From assembly GCA_964016885.1 (NCBI GenBank), contig OZ024741.1:338644001-338708000 (forward strand): a stretch of DNA of 64,000 nt, read 5' to 3'. This document shows positions 53,240 through 64,000 of the stretch, piece after piece. The DNA comes from Eledone cirrhosa (Eukaryota). A model generated the notes under the pieces. It was not told where the DNA came from. It saw only the letters and a list, made by a program, of their open reading frames with translations, and did not search any database. Both the position numbers and the translations under genes were made by a program. The number at the start of each line of letters is the position of its first letter. The stretch's first letter is position 1.

Positions 53240-53942
53240 AAAAGGCTAGATTAAAGTTCTTATCTCATTTAATGCCTTACAATTGTTTCAGCGTTGCCAC
53301 CGATCATTACACTGTTAATCAAAAAGATGGAATAAATTAGTGTATAACTTGTGCAAAGAAAATTGGCAAAAGTAAACAGAAAAATAAAACAAAATATGAA
53401 AGGTCCAACCCTATAGGGCAAGATGCAGGCCACTATATGTTTTTCCTTAAATATATCTCCTGTATCTTCCACCCATAACTACATACACACATAGAGCTTT
53501 GTATAAAGCTACTTGCCAATCATATATTCCTCTATATAGCTCTTCATCATCATCATCATCATACGTCCGTTTTTCCCTGCTTGCAGGGGAATAATTATAC
53601 AAATAGTTATATTTTTACCTTTGCTATATATATTTATATGTATGAATTTCTGTGTGTATATATATATGTATTTGTCAGTGTGCGTGTATGCATATACAGA
53701 CACGTATATAAGCATATAATTTTACTATAATCTTTCTTTTTCTAATTTTATCCACTATATTTAACCATAAACTCTTTGTTTTATTTCTCTTTCGAAAGGT
53801 TGCGAGCTGTTCTCATCCAGGTGATGTTGTCGTGATTTCAAAATGGGATCTGGCATTCTTTCATCTGTGGCTACAACATTGAACACTTCAGTATCAGAAT
53901 TGAACCCAACAGAACTTAACAGATTACACCGGTAGTACGAAT

Positions 53943-55355
53943 ATGGACTCGTTAGCTGCCGACACCCAGCAAATGCCTTGCCCCACAGCAGACTTATCAG
54001 TAGCAGCTTCCCAGAAGCAATATCCTGGAGTTACATCTCCTTTGGTATCACCTGATGTTCCGAATTGCTATTCTCAGTTACCTTCCTTGCCTGTATTGCC
54101 GTCTGACAGCACCTCACCAGATAACTGCCAAAAATTGAGCCCGGGGAACAATTCAGCTCGAATACAAGTGAAGACAGATCCAGGGGAGATGACATCCCCG
54201 GAAACTACATCGACCAAAAAGTCATCATCAAGGAAAAGCTCTGAAAAGCCTTTCAATTGCACCATGTGTGGGCAGCACTTTGCACGCAAGGACACTCTAC
54301 AGTGTCACAAACGGACGCACACTGGCGAGAGACCATACTCTTGTGATTCGTGTCCGTTGCATTTTGCTCGACGCGATACGTTGCAGTGCCACCGACGAAC
54401 TCACAGTGGTGAGCGAAGGTTCACTTGTGAAGTGTGCTTGCAGAAGTTTGCTCGCAGAGACACACTCCACTGCCACCAGCGGACTCACAGCGGTGACAAG
54501 CCATTCAGCTGTGACTTGTGCATTCAGAAATTCGCCCGGCGTGACACCCTGCTCTGTCATAGACGAACACATTCCGGGGAGAAACCGTTTGTGTGTCAGT
54601 TTTGCGGGAAAAGGTTTGCACGCACAGACAAGCTGCACCGTCATAAGCGCACCCATCTCCGAGGTAATCCCACTACAACACCTGTCCCTCACTATAATCA
54701 GAATGCAGCATCCAACATAAATGCTGGCAACAACATGCACTGCAACAACAGCAGTTGCAACAGTAGCAACTGCAGCCTTAGTGCTATGCAAGGTCCTTGC
54801 AATGACAACTGCATAAACTACAATAATAGTAGCTCGGGTGCAAATACACCATGCACAAATGCACTGTGTAATAGCTCAATGGGTTGCACCTACCACTGTA
54901 ATGGCAGTGGATGCAATCAGGTAATTCCTGCAAATGTGCAGTGCAATGTGTCTGGCTGCAATGGAATTTCATGTAACAGTAATATTTCCAACAGTGTGCC
55001 ACCATGCTGCCCAAACATGATCAACACAAGTGGTGCTTGCGGCAATAGCAACATGTGCCTCGCTTCCAATAGCCCTCAGTGCCACGACAGAAGCTCTACA
55101 TCTGGCAGTACAGACACTTCATCTGCGTCTACTGTAGCGCCCACCTCTCTTCCTGCTGCAGCTTCGGGTTGTGGGGGCCAGACTGTCGTGCTTTCCCACC
55201 ATTCATCACAGCCGACAGCTGTAATGACAACATCGGCAGCACCCATGTTCACGACCAACACCACCAACAACAACCTCAACAGCACGGGAACTCTACAGAA
55301 ACCTGACCGGTTCCAGGCTAACTCTGCCAACCAAATATGGCAGATATTCTATTGA
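53943..55355 (+). CDS. C2H2 zinc-finger transcription factor: 5 near-identical fingers plus a Cys/Asn-rich domain, 470 aa
   Basis: Intact ORF, GC-richer than its flanks. Finger helices RKDTLQC, RRDTLQC, RRDTLHC, RRDTLLC and RTDKLHR; Ser/Pro-rich N-terminus; 18-Cys low-complexity region. Confidence 0.92.
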   Translation: MDSLAADTQQMPCPTADLSVAASQKQYPGVTSPLVSPDVPNCYSQLPSLPVLPSDSTSPDNCQKLSPGNNSARIQVKTDPGEMTSPETTSTKKSSSRKSSEKPFNCTMCGQHFARKDTLQCHKRTHTGERPYSCDSCPLHFARRDTLQCHRRTHSGERRFTCEVCLQKFARRDTLHCHQRTHSGDKPFSCDLCIQKFARRDTLLCHRRTHSGEKPFVCQFCGKRFARTDKLHRHKRTHLRGNPTTTPVPHYNQNAASNINAGNNMHCNNSSCNSSNCSLSAMQGPCNDNCINYNNSSSGANTPCTNALCNSSMGCTYHCNGSGCNQVIPANVQCNVSGCNGISCNSNISNSVPPCCPNMINTSGACGNSNMCLASNSPQCHDRSSTSGSTDTSSASTVAPTSLPAAASGCGGQTVVLSHHSSQPTAVMTTSAAPMFTTNTTNNNLNSTGTLQKPDRFQANSANQIWQIFY

Positions 55356-55648
55356 ATTCAAATGTGGCAACTAACACTTTCAACTTCATCAGCTATTAGA
55401 TTGGTTACACTTCACATATTATTATTAATATTATTATTATTATTATTATTTGATGCATCAATTACACTTCCTGTCTTCTTTTCTCAACTGTTGGACTATG
55501 ATTTGTTTAAGCTGGATGTTCCGGTGTTTCTAAGCTTTTCATAGACTGGGGACAGAGGGAGGGTAGTGTCTCACATCTATTTGCATTTTCTGTTTCTATG
55601 CAAATAGGTTCAAGATCAGATAAACACACACATTGACTTATGAATGTA

Positions 55649-55694
<46 letters not shown>

Positions 55695-56019
55695 TATAAA
55701 TATCTACATACACACATATACGTACATTACATTTATACACATACACTTATGAGTGTATATATGTGTATGTATGTATATATATATATATATAAATGAAAAT
55801 ATAGAAATTAATGTGAGCAAGGAGCCAACAGTATTTCATAATATATAATATATATATATATACACACACATATGATATTTACAACTCTGGCCAAAGACAG
55901 AAAGACAAAAGAACAGGATTTTATCTCACGATACAATATGTTCCTTTTTTCTCGCTCTTTCTCATATCATATTTGTAAATATCTTATGCATAATTCACTG
56001 TTTACATTATAACTAATTT

Positions 56020-56545
<526 letters not shown>

Positions 56546-56806
56546 ACATATATACATCCACACATTTTGCATGTGTGTGTTTTTGTGTGCTAGGCATTTA
56601 CCGATTTAAGAAAGAATTCTTCAAGAATGTAGAATGCGACAGTGAAGAAAACACTTGTATTTTGTACCAAGAGTCTAAAACCTACTAGATAATATCTGTT
56701 TCTCTACCAACCCCACCACTGTCACCTCCACCTCCACCACCACCAATTTTCTAAAGTATGCCTGTTTTTATTTTTAAATATTCCCCCCTTCCTCTCATCA
56801 AATTTA

Positions 56807-56839
<33 letters not shown>

Positions 56840-56997
56840 AGCAACAACAACAAAAAGCAAACAAAATATCATAGTCTCTCTAATTACTGAACTGGGAGGC
56901 TGTGACAGTGGCTAATACATACACATACCTGCACACACACACATTATATATATATATACATATACGCATGCACACACATATATGTTATTATTATTTA

Positions 56998-57405
56998 AGG
57001 GCGGTGGATTGGTAGTATCAGTAGAGTGTCAGACACCATGCTTTGCAGCATAGTTACGGCCCTTTGCGTTCTGAGTTCAAATCCCGTCAAGGTTAACTTT
57101 GCCTTTCATCCTTATGGGGTCGATAAAATAAAGCACCAGTAATGCACTGGGGTAATTGCTGGCCTTGTGCCAAAAGTAGTAACAATTATAAGGACGGTGA
57201 ATTGGCACTAATCGGGAGTGTGTCGGACAAAATGCTTTGCGGCATAGTTACATATCTTTACGTTCTGAGTTCAAATCCCGCAGAGGTTAACTTTGCCTTT
57301 CATCCTTACGGGGTCGATAAAATAAAGTACCAGTAATGGTGTCGTAATCGACTTTCCCCTCCTCCAAAATTGATGGCTTAGTGCCTAAATCAGAAACCAA
57401 TATTA
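56998..57405 (+). mobile_element. Head-to-tail pair of SINE family A (short variant, then long variant)
   Basis: Two GGCGGTGGATTGG..GAGTTCAAATCCCG..GCCTTTCATCCTT..GGGGTCGATAAAATAAAG units. Confidence 0.85.
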
Positions 57406-57624
57406 TTTTAGGGATTCTTTGCTTGATGGTTAAGCTCATACTGTTTGGTGTGGTTTAGTGAAAGGGGCTTTTCTCAAAGATTTTTACACAATCCCTCTGA
57501 GACTTGGTATTTCAACACCATAACAAATAATCCCTGTAATAATATATCTACATTCTACTTTCCCTAAGTATAGTTAAATAATGGTGTTACTGGTCTTAAC
57601 TAGTAACATCTCATCTTATCACTC

Positions 57625-57655
57625 TCTCTCTCTCTCTATATATATATTTATATGT

Positions 57656-57696
<41 letters not shown>

Positions 57697-57753
57697 TATG
57701 CATGTATATATATATATATGCATGTATATATATATATATGCATGTATATATAT

Positions 57754-57796
<43 letters not shown>

Positions 57797-58132
57797 TGTA
57801 TATATGTGTATGTGTATATATATATGTATGTATGCATGTATATATGTATGTATATATATATATGTATGTATGCATGTATATATATATATGTATGTATATA
57901 TATATATATATGTATGTATGCATGTATATATATATATGTATGTATATATATATATATGTATGTATGCATGTATATCTATATGTATGTATATATATATATA
58001 TGTATGTATGCATGTATATCTATATGTATGTATATATATATATGTATGTATGCATGTATATATATATATATATATGTATGCATGTATATATATATATGCA
58101 TGTATATATATGTGTATGTATATATATATGTA

Positions 58133-58171
<39 letters not shown>

Positions 58172-58230
58172 ATATATATGTATATATATGTATGTATGTA
58201 TATATATATATATGTATGTATATATATATG

Positions 58231-58263
<33 letters not shown>

Positions 58264-58810
58264 ATATATGTATATGTATATATATAGATGTATATATATG
58301 TGTATATATATGTATATGTATATATATAGATGTATATATATGTATATATATATATGTATGTATATATATGTATATATATATGTATGTATATATGTATGTA
58401 TGTATATATGTATGTATATATATATGTATGTATATATATGTATATATATATGTATGTATATATGTATGTATATATATATGTATGTGTATGTATATGTATA
58501 TATGTATGTGTATGTATATATATATGTATATATGTATGTGTATATATATATATGTATATATGTATGTGTGTGTATGTATATATATGTGTATGTATATATA
58601 TATGTGTATGTATATATATATATATGTATGTATATATATATGTATGTATATATATACATATGTATGTATATATGTATGTATATATATATATGTATGTATA
58701 TATATATGTATGTATATATATATATGTATGTATATATATATATAAATATGTGTATGTATATATATGTGTATGTATATATATATATATGTGTATGTATATA
58801 TATGTGTATG

Positions 58811-58841
<31 letters not shown>

Positions 58842-58876
58842 GTATGTATATATATATATATATATACACACACACA
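57625..58876. repeat. Compound (TA)n/(TATG)n/(TGCA) microsatellite
   Basis: Direct reading; this is the source of the spurious YI/MY-rich ORFs. Confidence 0.95.
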
Positions 58877-59278
58877 AACTGAAAGATAGATATAAATATA
58901 TTGACATCCGAGTAAAACATCTCTTTGTTTGCCTCATTGTTTTGTCAAATACAATTCCGAGAATCAACCCCCATCCCACCCCCCTCTCACTGTATAATGT
59001 CCCATCAGGCAATGTTATCAAACATCTCCACTTACATACAGCGTAGTAGTGTATGTATCATCAGACAGTTACAAAACTTCAGCCACCCATGTTGTTCATC
59101 AGGCACCATTATAAACCCTTCTACCACTACATTTACTGTACTTTCAAACACCATTATATCAATAAATAAAAAAAAGTACTAAAAGAAAATGTCTCCTGTT
59201 TGTATTATGAAATGCCACCATTTTTATTGTTAAACATTATCATCAAACATCATCATCATTATCGTCATTCATCATCAT

Positions 59279-59462
59279 TGGATTGCAGTATCAGTAGAGG
59301 GTCGGACGCCATGCTTTGAAGCATAGAGTTACCTCCTTTTATGATCTGAGTTCAAATCCCACCGCAGTTAACTTTGCCTTTCATCCTTACAGGTTGATAA
59401 AATAAAGTACCAGTAATACACTGGATAATTGCTGGCCTTGTGCCAAAAGTAGAAACAATTAT
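59279..59462 (+). mobile_element. SINE family A
   Basis: Same body and AGAAACAATTAT end as the other copies. Confidence 0.8.
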
Positions 59463-59620
59463 CAAATATCACCATCGTTATTGTCAAACATCATTATCTC
59501 CAAATATTGTTATAATCACAGACAAGGTTGTGTGGTACCCTGGCCAAGTATCTTCTACAGTAGCCTAGGGTCAATCAGTGTCTTTTGAGGGAAATTTGGT
59601 AGATAGAAGCCTTTATATAT

Positions 59621-59753
59621 ATAGTGAAATTCTGTTATAACGAAATTGTTGTAACAAATTCTTTATAACAAGATCGACTGAAACAAATCGAGCGTTTGGG
59701 GAATGAAAAATATTTCGTTATAATGGTATTCATTATAATGGAATTTTACCTGT
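59621..59753. mobile_element. pogo/Tigger-like MITE
   Basis: TA-flanked imperfect TIRs AGTGAAATTCTGTTATAACGAA / TTCATTATAATGGAATTTTACCTG. Confidence 0.55.
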
Positions 59754-59908
59754 ATATATTTATATTAAAGGTGAGTGCTAAGCTGTCAAAGTATACCAAA
59801 TATATGTATTTCTCTGTCTATAATAAAAATGTGTACATTTATATACACATTTACAGTCTTAGTTATCTGTATTCTGTGTACATACAGATATAACTTTATC
59901 ATATATAT

Positions 59909-60030
59909 ATATGAAAAGATTCAGGACCCCGATGGCTTAGCTCCGGCCATTACAGCAGCTAGATCCAAACTCAGATCTAGCTGTCGAAATGGCCGGAGCT
60001 CAGTCATCGGGGTCCTGAATCTTTTCATAT
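59909..60030. repeat. Near-perfect GC-rich hairpin, 57-bp arms, 8-nt loop
   Basis: 59909-59965 is the near reverse complement of 59974-60030. Confidence 0.9.
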
Positions 60031-60106
60031 TACCCACCCTACTACCCCAAGTATCGAGTACTCTGGTGCGTTATGGTCCACCTGGTATCTTACCCCACCC
60101 TCTCTG

Positions 60107-60143
<37 letters not shown>

Positions 60144-60254
60144 AACAGTTTTTCCTGGAGATGATGACATGAATAGACCTGTTTTTTCTCTAAAAACATT
60201 TTTTTGTTTCCACCACTGCCTGTCTCCTCAATCATTCTATTTCTTTTTTTATTT

Positions 60255-60295
60255 ATATTTTCTAATGAAGGACTAGTGTCCGAAACGTTAAAACT
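60255..60295 (+). ncRNA. Decayed minimal hammerhead motif (Penelope-type)
   Basis: CTAATGA-A-GGAC tagt GTCC-GAAAC GTT A. Core G5 is changed to A and stem I is weak. Confidence 0.45.
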
Positions 60296-60382
60296 TTTTT
60301 CCTACTATATCAAGCATAAAACTAATATATTTCTTGTACTGTGTCGGTTGCCTTTTTGCATATATATATATATATATATATA

Positions 60383-61241
60383 CGAGGTGGGTCAGAAAAG
60401 TTCCAGGACTGATGTCACAAAAGATTTATTTCAAACCCAAACTTCACACTAAGACTTTTCTCCTTCAAAGTAATCTCCCTGGAGCCTAATGCACTTTTCC
60501 ATCCTTTTCTGCCATGCTTGCATGAACTCCTGGAAGGATTCTTCCGGGATCCTCCGCAGTTCCGTCGTCACGGCCTTTTTGATGTCGTCCATGTCTTCAA
60601 AATGGGTCCCCTCCGGGTCGTACTCAAAGATCCATGACTCATCACCGGTGATGACTATCCCTAGCAAGTCTGGTTCAGTTTCAAGACGCTCGAGGAGTTC
60701 CTGGCACACTTACATGCGTCGATCGTTCAGCAGTTTTGGTACCATCTTCGCGCAGACTTTCCGCATGTTCAAATCTTCAGTGAGAATCTTCCAGACGCTG
60801 TCCAGATTCATGCCCAGCTCATTTGCCATCAGTCAAACAGTCAGCTAACGATCGCTATGCACCATCTGCCTGACGCGCTCAACGTTGACCTCAGTCCTGG
60901 TTGTTGAGGGCCATCCGCTCCTGGGGTCATCTTCCACGTCCTCGCCTGACATCATCTCATCTCCATACACTTGCTGCAGCAATCCCAGTGCTTCTGACGG
61001 AGTTTTACCCAACCGTACCAGAAACTTCAAGTTTGTTCGTTGCTCTGTGCTCATTGCTTGACGACCTGAAACAGGACGTATATAAAATTATGAAGAAAAA
61101 AGTTTGATCGCTGCAGAGAGCTAAGATTACAGTTACATACTCCAGGGGGATTACTTTGAAGGAGAAAACTCTTAGTGTGAAGTTTGGGTTTGAAATAACT
61201 CTTTTGTGACATCAGTACTGGAACTTTTCTGACACACCTCG
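60383..61241 (-). mobile_element. Internally deleted mariner transposon with about 100-bp TIRs
   Basis: TA flanks; TIRs at 60383-60484 and 61141-61241; transposase remnants EQRTNLKFLVRLGKT (HTH), IVITGDESWIFEYDPE and CIRLQGDYFEG. Confidence 0.92.
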
Positions 61242-61244
61242 TAT

Positions 61245-61747
61245 ATCATCATCATCGTTTAACGTCCATCTTCCACGCTTGCATGGGTTTGGACAGGAGT
61301 TTTCCCACTTGAGGCAAGAGTGGTTGTCTAGCTCGCATAGGACTGTCTGGCGGGTTTTCTACGGCTGGATCCCCTTCCTAACACCAACCACGTTTACAGT
61401 GTGGACTGGGAGGTTTTTACCGTGTTACCTACACGGCCACATTACAGCGTGGACTGTGTTTTTTTTGTCGTGACACCTCCACGACCTCATTTGTTTCGGA
61501 CTGGATGTTGTGGTACCAACATAACTTTACATTGAAAGGGGTGGGGGTAGTGGGACGGGGGTGTATTTTTGTTAGAGGTGCCTACTGACTAGTAGGTTTC
61601 ACTTTGTACTGAGGTAAGGCGGGTCTTCTGTATTACTGTGTAGCGCCAAAGATCTCGGTCCAGTGACATTGTCTTGGAGAGGTGTAAGTGTGTGAGGTCG
61701 GAATTTATCAGGTCGTCCCAGGTTTTTCTGGGTATGCCTACTCCGTG
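61245..61747 (-). mobile_element. RTE LINE family B 3' fragment
   Basis: Near-identical to the reverse complement of 21055-21563; (ATC)n tail abuts the mariner end. Confidence 0.85.
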
Positions 61748-62339
61748 ATATATATATATATAATGTGTGTGTGTCTGTTTACATCCCATAATTTGGTGGT
61801 TCAATAAAAACAAGATCAATTTGAAAAATAAGTTCTGATGTTGATATGATTTTCTAAATCCAGTATGGTCACAGTCAAATGACAATGCAGTAAAAGAATA
61901 ACAAAATTATGAAACATCCTCATTGTCATCATCATCATCATCATTTTTATGTTTGATTTTTCATGCTAGCATTGGTTGGAGGACACTTTGAGGCAGTATT
62001 CCAAACCCTTCCCCCTTTTTATATATATATATATATTTTTAAAGTGAAATTCTTGTCCTCTCACATTGACATGCTTGGCTGCAAGAAATTAACAAAGATC
62101 ACCGTTAATGGGTCAAATGTAAAGACAGATCCCATACACACACATACAGATAATTTATTTTAAATTTAGGTATGAGGTCAAATATTTAGAGGTGAAAATC
62201 AAATAAATTTACTCCATTAACTCCAAGACTTGACTTGTACTTTATTTAACGAACCTCTGAAAGGGTCAAAGGCTAAGTTGACCTCAGCAGGATTGAAAAC
62301 AAATACTGCAAAGTATTTCTTCAGTCAGATTGATGGTAG

Positions 62340-62955
62340 AGTGCTGGGTTACTACATATAATTGACAATTTCCTCGATGCAGTTGGTTTCCTGTCACAAC
62401 TAGAGCCAGTATCTCTCGACCATGCTGATAGCAAGTGCCCCAATAGAATTACCCACTTCCTTTTCAGAGGAACTAAATCCCTCATCTGGGTCACAACATG
62501 CTGCAACATATTTTGTGCCTCCACCCTAGTCACTTTGGCCACAAACCCTAGTACGGTGGCTCACAATGCAGAAGACAGGAAGACAAGCAAATACTGAAGC
62601 TTGTCCGGCTGCCGTCAAGACCTCAGGCGTCCTTGGACCCTATGCAACTGACCTCCATAAAATCGGATCGATTGCAGTCCTTCTGAGGAAGGACCCCACG
62701 AAGAAGGGTGGCTGTTGCAGCAGGTATCACTGGCCATTGTCCGCAGAAATGCCTTTTCTATTTTGTCCACAGGGTGTGGCCGAAACACTGCTCTAACCTA
62801 TGTGTAGAGTCTGTCACCCTCTTCCATTTCCCCCTTTCTTTCTTCCTTTTGCTAGTAGTCCTTGCTTTTCCACTCCTTTTTCTCTCATTTATGACATCTA
62901 TAGCCTTTCTAATGCTGCTTTCTTTTTCTGTATGTTTAACTAATCTATAGTTATA
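62340..62955 (+). mobile_element. CRE-like (restriction-like endonuclease) non-LTR retrotransposon 3' fragment
   Basis: Manual translation across frames: LEPVSLDHADSKCPNR, SLIWVTTC, AVKTSGVLG and WLLQQVSLAIVRRNAFSILST. These match the LEP..L.R.DGKRPDG / WD.TC / AVETLG.WG / QR.S.AIQRGNA pattern. Confidence 0.7.
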
Positions 62956-63104
62956 TCAACAATAAATTCTCCTTACTATTTAAAGTTATTCTTTTATTTA
63001 GAGTTGCAGTTTCAAATTCTGTCAAAGTTATTTTACTTGACTTTCCTTGATGCTTTTAGAAATAAACAAAACAAGATTACCGTTTATGACTTATCTACCC
63101 ATCC

Positions 63105-63450
63105 TTTCTTTACGGCTTGGTTGAGAGGAAGGGGCTGTGTCCAGGGCCCTTTTGATAAGGGTTTGGTTGAGAGAAAGGGCTATGTCCATGGCCTTCCAAT
63201 GGTTTGGTCAAGTGGAAGGGGCTGTGTCCATGGCCTTTCTTTATTGTTTAGTCAAGAGGAAGGGGCTGCATCTGACCTTTTAATGATTTGGTCAAGCGGA
63301 AGGGGCTGTGTTCATGGCCTTTTTGTTAAGGGTTTGGTCAAGAGGAAGGGGCTGTGTCCAGGGCCCCTTTAATGGTTTGGCCAAATGGAAGGGTTTGTTA
63401 TACATGGCCTTTTTGTTAAGGGTTTGGTCAAGAGGAAGGGGTTGCGTCTA
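63105..63450. repeat. About 41-46-bp minisatellite GGAAGGGGCTGTGTCCATGGCCTTT..GGTTTGGTCAAG
   Basis: About eight tandem copies. Confidence 0.85.
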
Positions 63451-64000
63451 TAACCTTTGTGGAGATCCTTTGAGATTGCTGAAATCAATGCCATTAATGT
63501 AACTTTTCAACATGAGCATTGATGGAATTCCAGAGGGTAGGCGAATATGGGTGATGGAAAGACAAGTGAATTGTCAGTGCCCAACTGGATGTGGTATAGG
63601 AGCAGAGGCCACTTGAGTGGAGGTGGTATAAGACCAGGCTGTTCCAAGGAGGAGAGTGGAACCAGTAGAAGACCGGGCTGTTCTAAAGAACAGAGATCAC
63701 TTGGTATGCAACTGAAAAGTCCAAGTGTGGTGACTGCATGTCTGTGGATCAGGTCCTGGAATATGTCAGTAATTTTTCTGTGAATCAGTTTAGTGGCCTT
63801 TAAATATAATCTACAATGTATGTATATTTAATAGCAGTATTGTGCCAGATGTTGTAGTAGTATTCCAGCCCAAGACATTACTACTGGCATGAACAGGGCC
63901 ACATTTAGACTTGGGCCCTGGGCATGAACATTTTTACTTTTCACTTTTGCCTAAAAGTTTTCATTTCAATCAAGGCCTATTCTCAAAGAAACCACAAACC

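Noticed and set aside
53270-53310. Minus-strand GAAACAATTGTA hammerhead half-site (similar text at about 45354)
   Set aside because: No matching CTGANGA with a closing stem I was found nearby; at most a remnant.
53933-53945. A-to-I editing of the uORF UAG to fuse it with the ZNF
   Set aside because: The uORF and the main ORF are in different frames, so readthrough would not fuse them.
57581-59046. Long ORFs of 200-430 aa rich in Y/I/M/C/H/T
   Set aside because: These are translations of (TA)/(TG)/(CA) microsatellite, which lacks stop codons in several frames.

Overview
AT-rich animal genomic DNA, most plausibly a coleoid cephalopod (Octopus-like). That is an inference from the tandem C2H2 zinc-finger cluster, dense (TA)n microsatellites, RTE LINEs and tRNA-derived SINEs; no database check was possible. 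The window holds four C2H2-ZNF coding regions: the 3' end of one at 1-348; a 16(+2)-finger gene at 8363-10374 whose last two fingers are cut off by a 5-bp duplication; a 12-finger gene on the minus strand at 35331-36530; and a GC-richer 5-finger gene with a Cys/Asn-rich tail at 53943-55355. A mosaic pseudogene copy of the second gene lies at about 26.6-30.2 kb. Most of the rest is mobile-element debris: RTE, CR1, CRE and Vingi-like LINE fragments, two SINE families, mariner/rosa/hAT/pogo DNA transposons, a Helitron, and tandem repeats including a 1.9-kb 34-bp palindromic satellite. The most notable signal not shown by the ORF track is five dispersed type-I hammerhead-ribozyme motifs, several inside fold-back repeats. 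One is sense to a ZNF 3' region and one is sense to a predicted ZNF intron. Other points of interest are a strict ATTAT insertion target for one SINE family, RTE tail-swap chimeras and a recurrent three-hairpin module.
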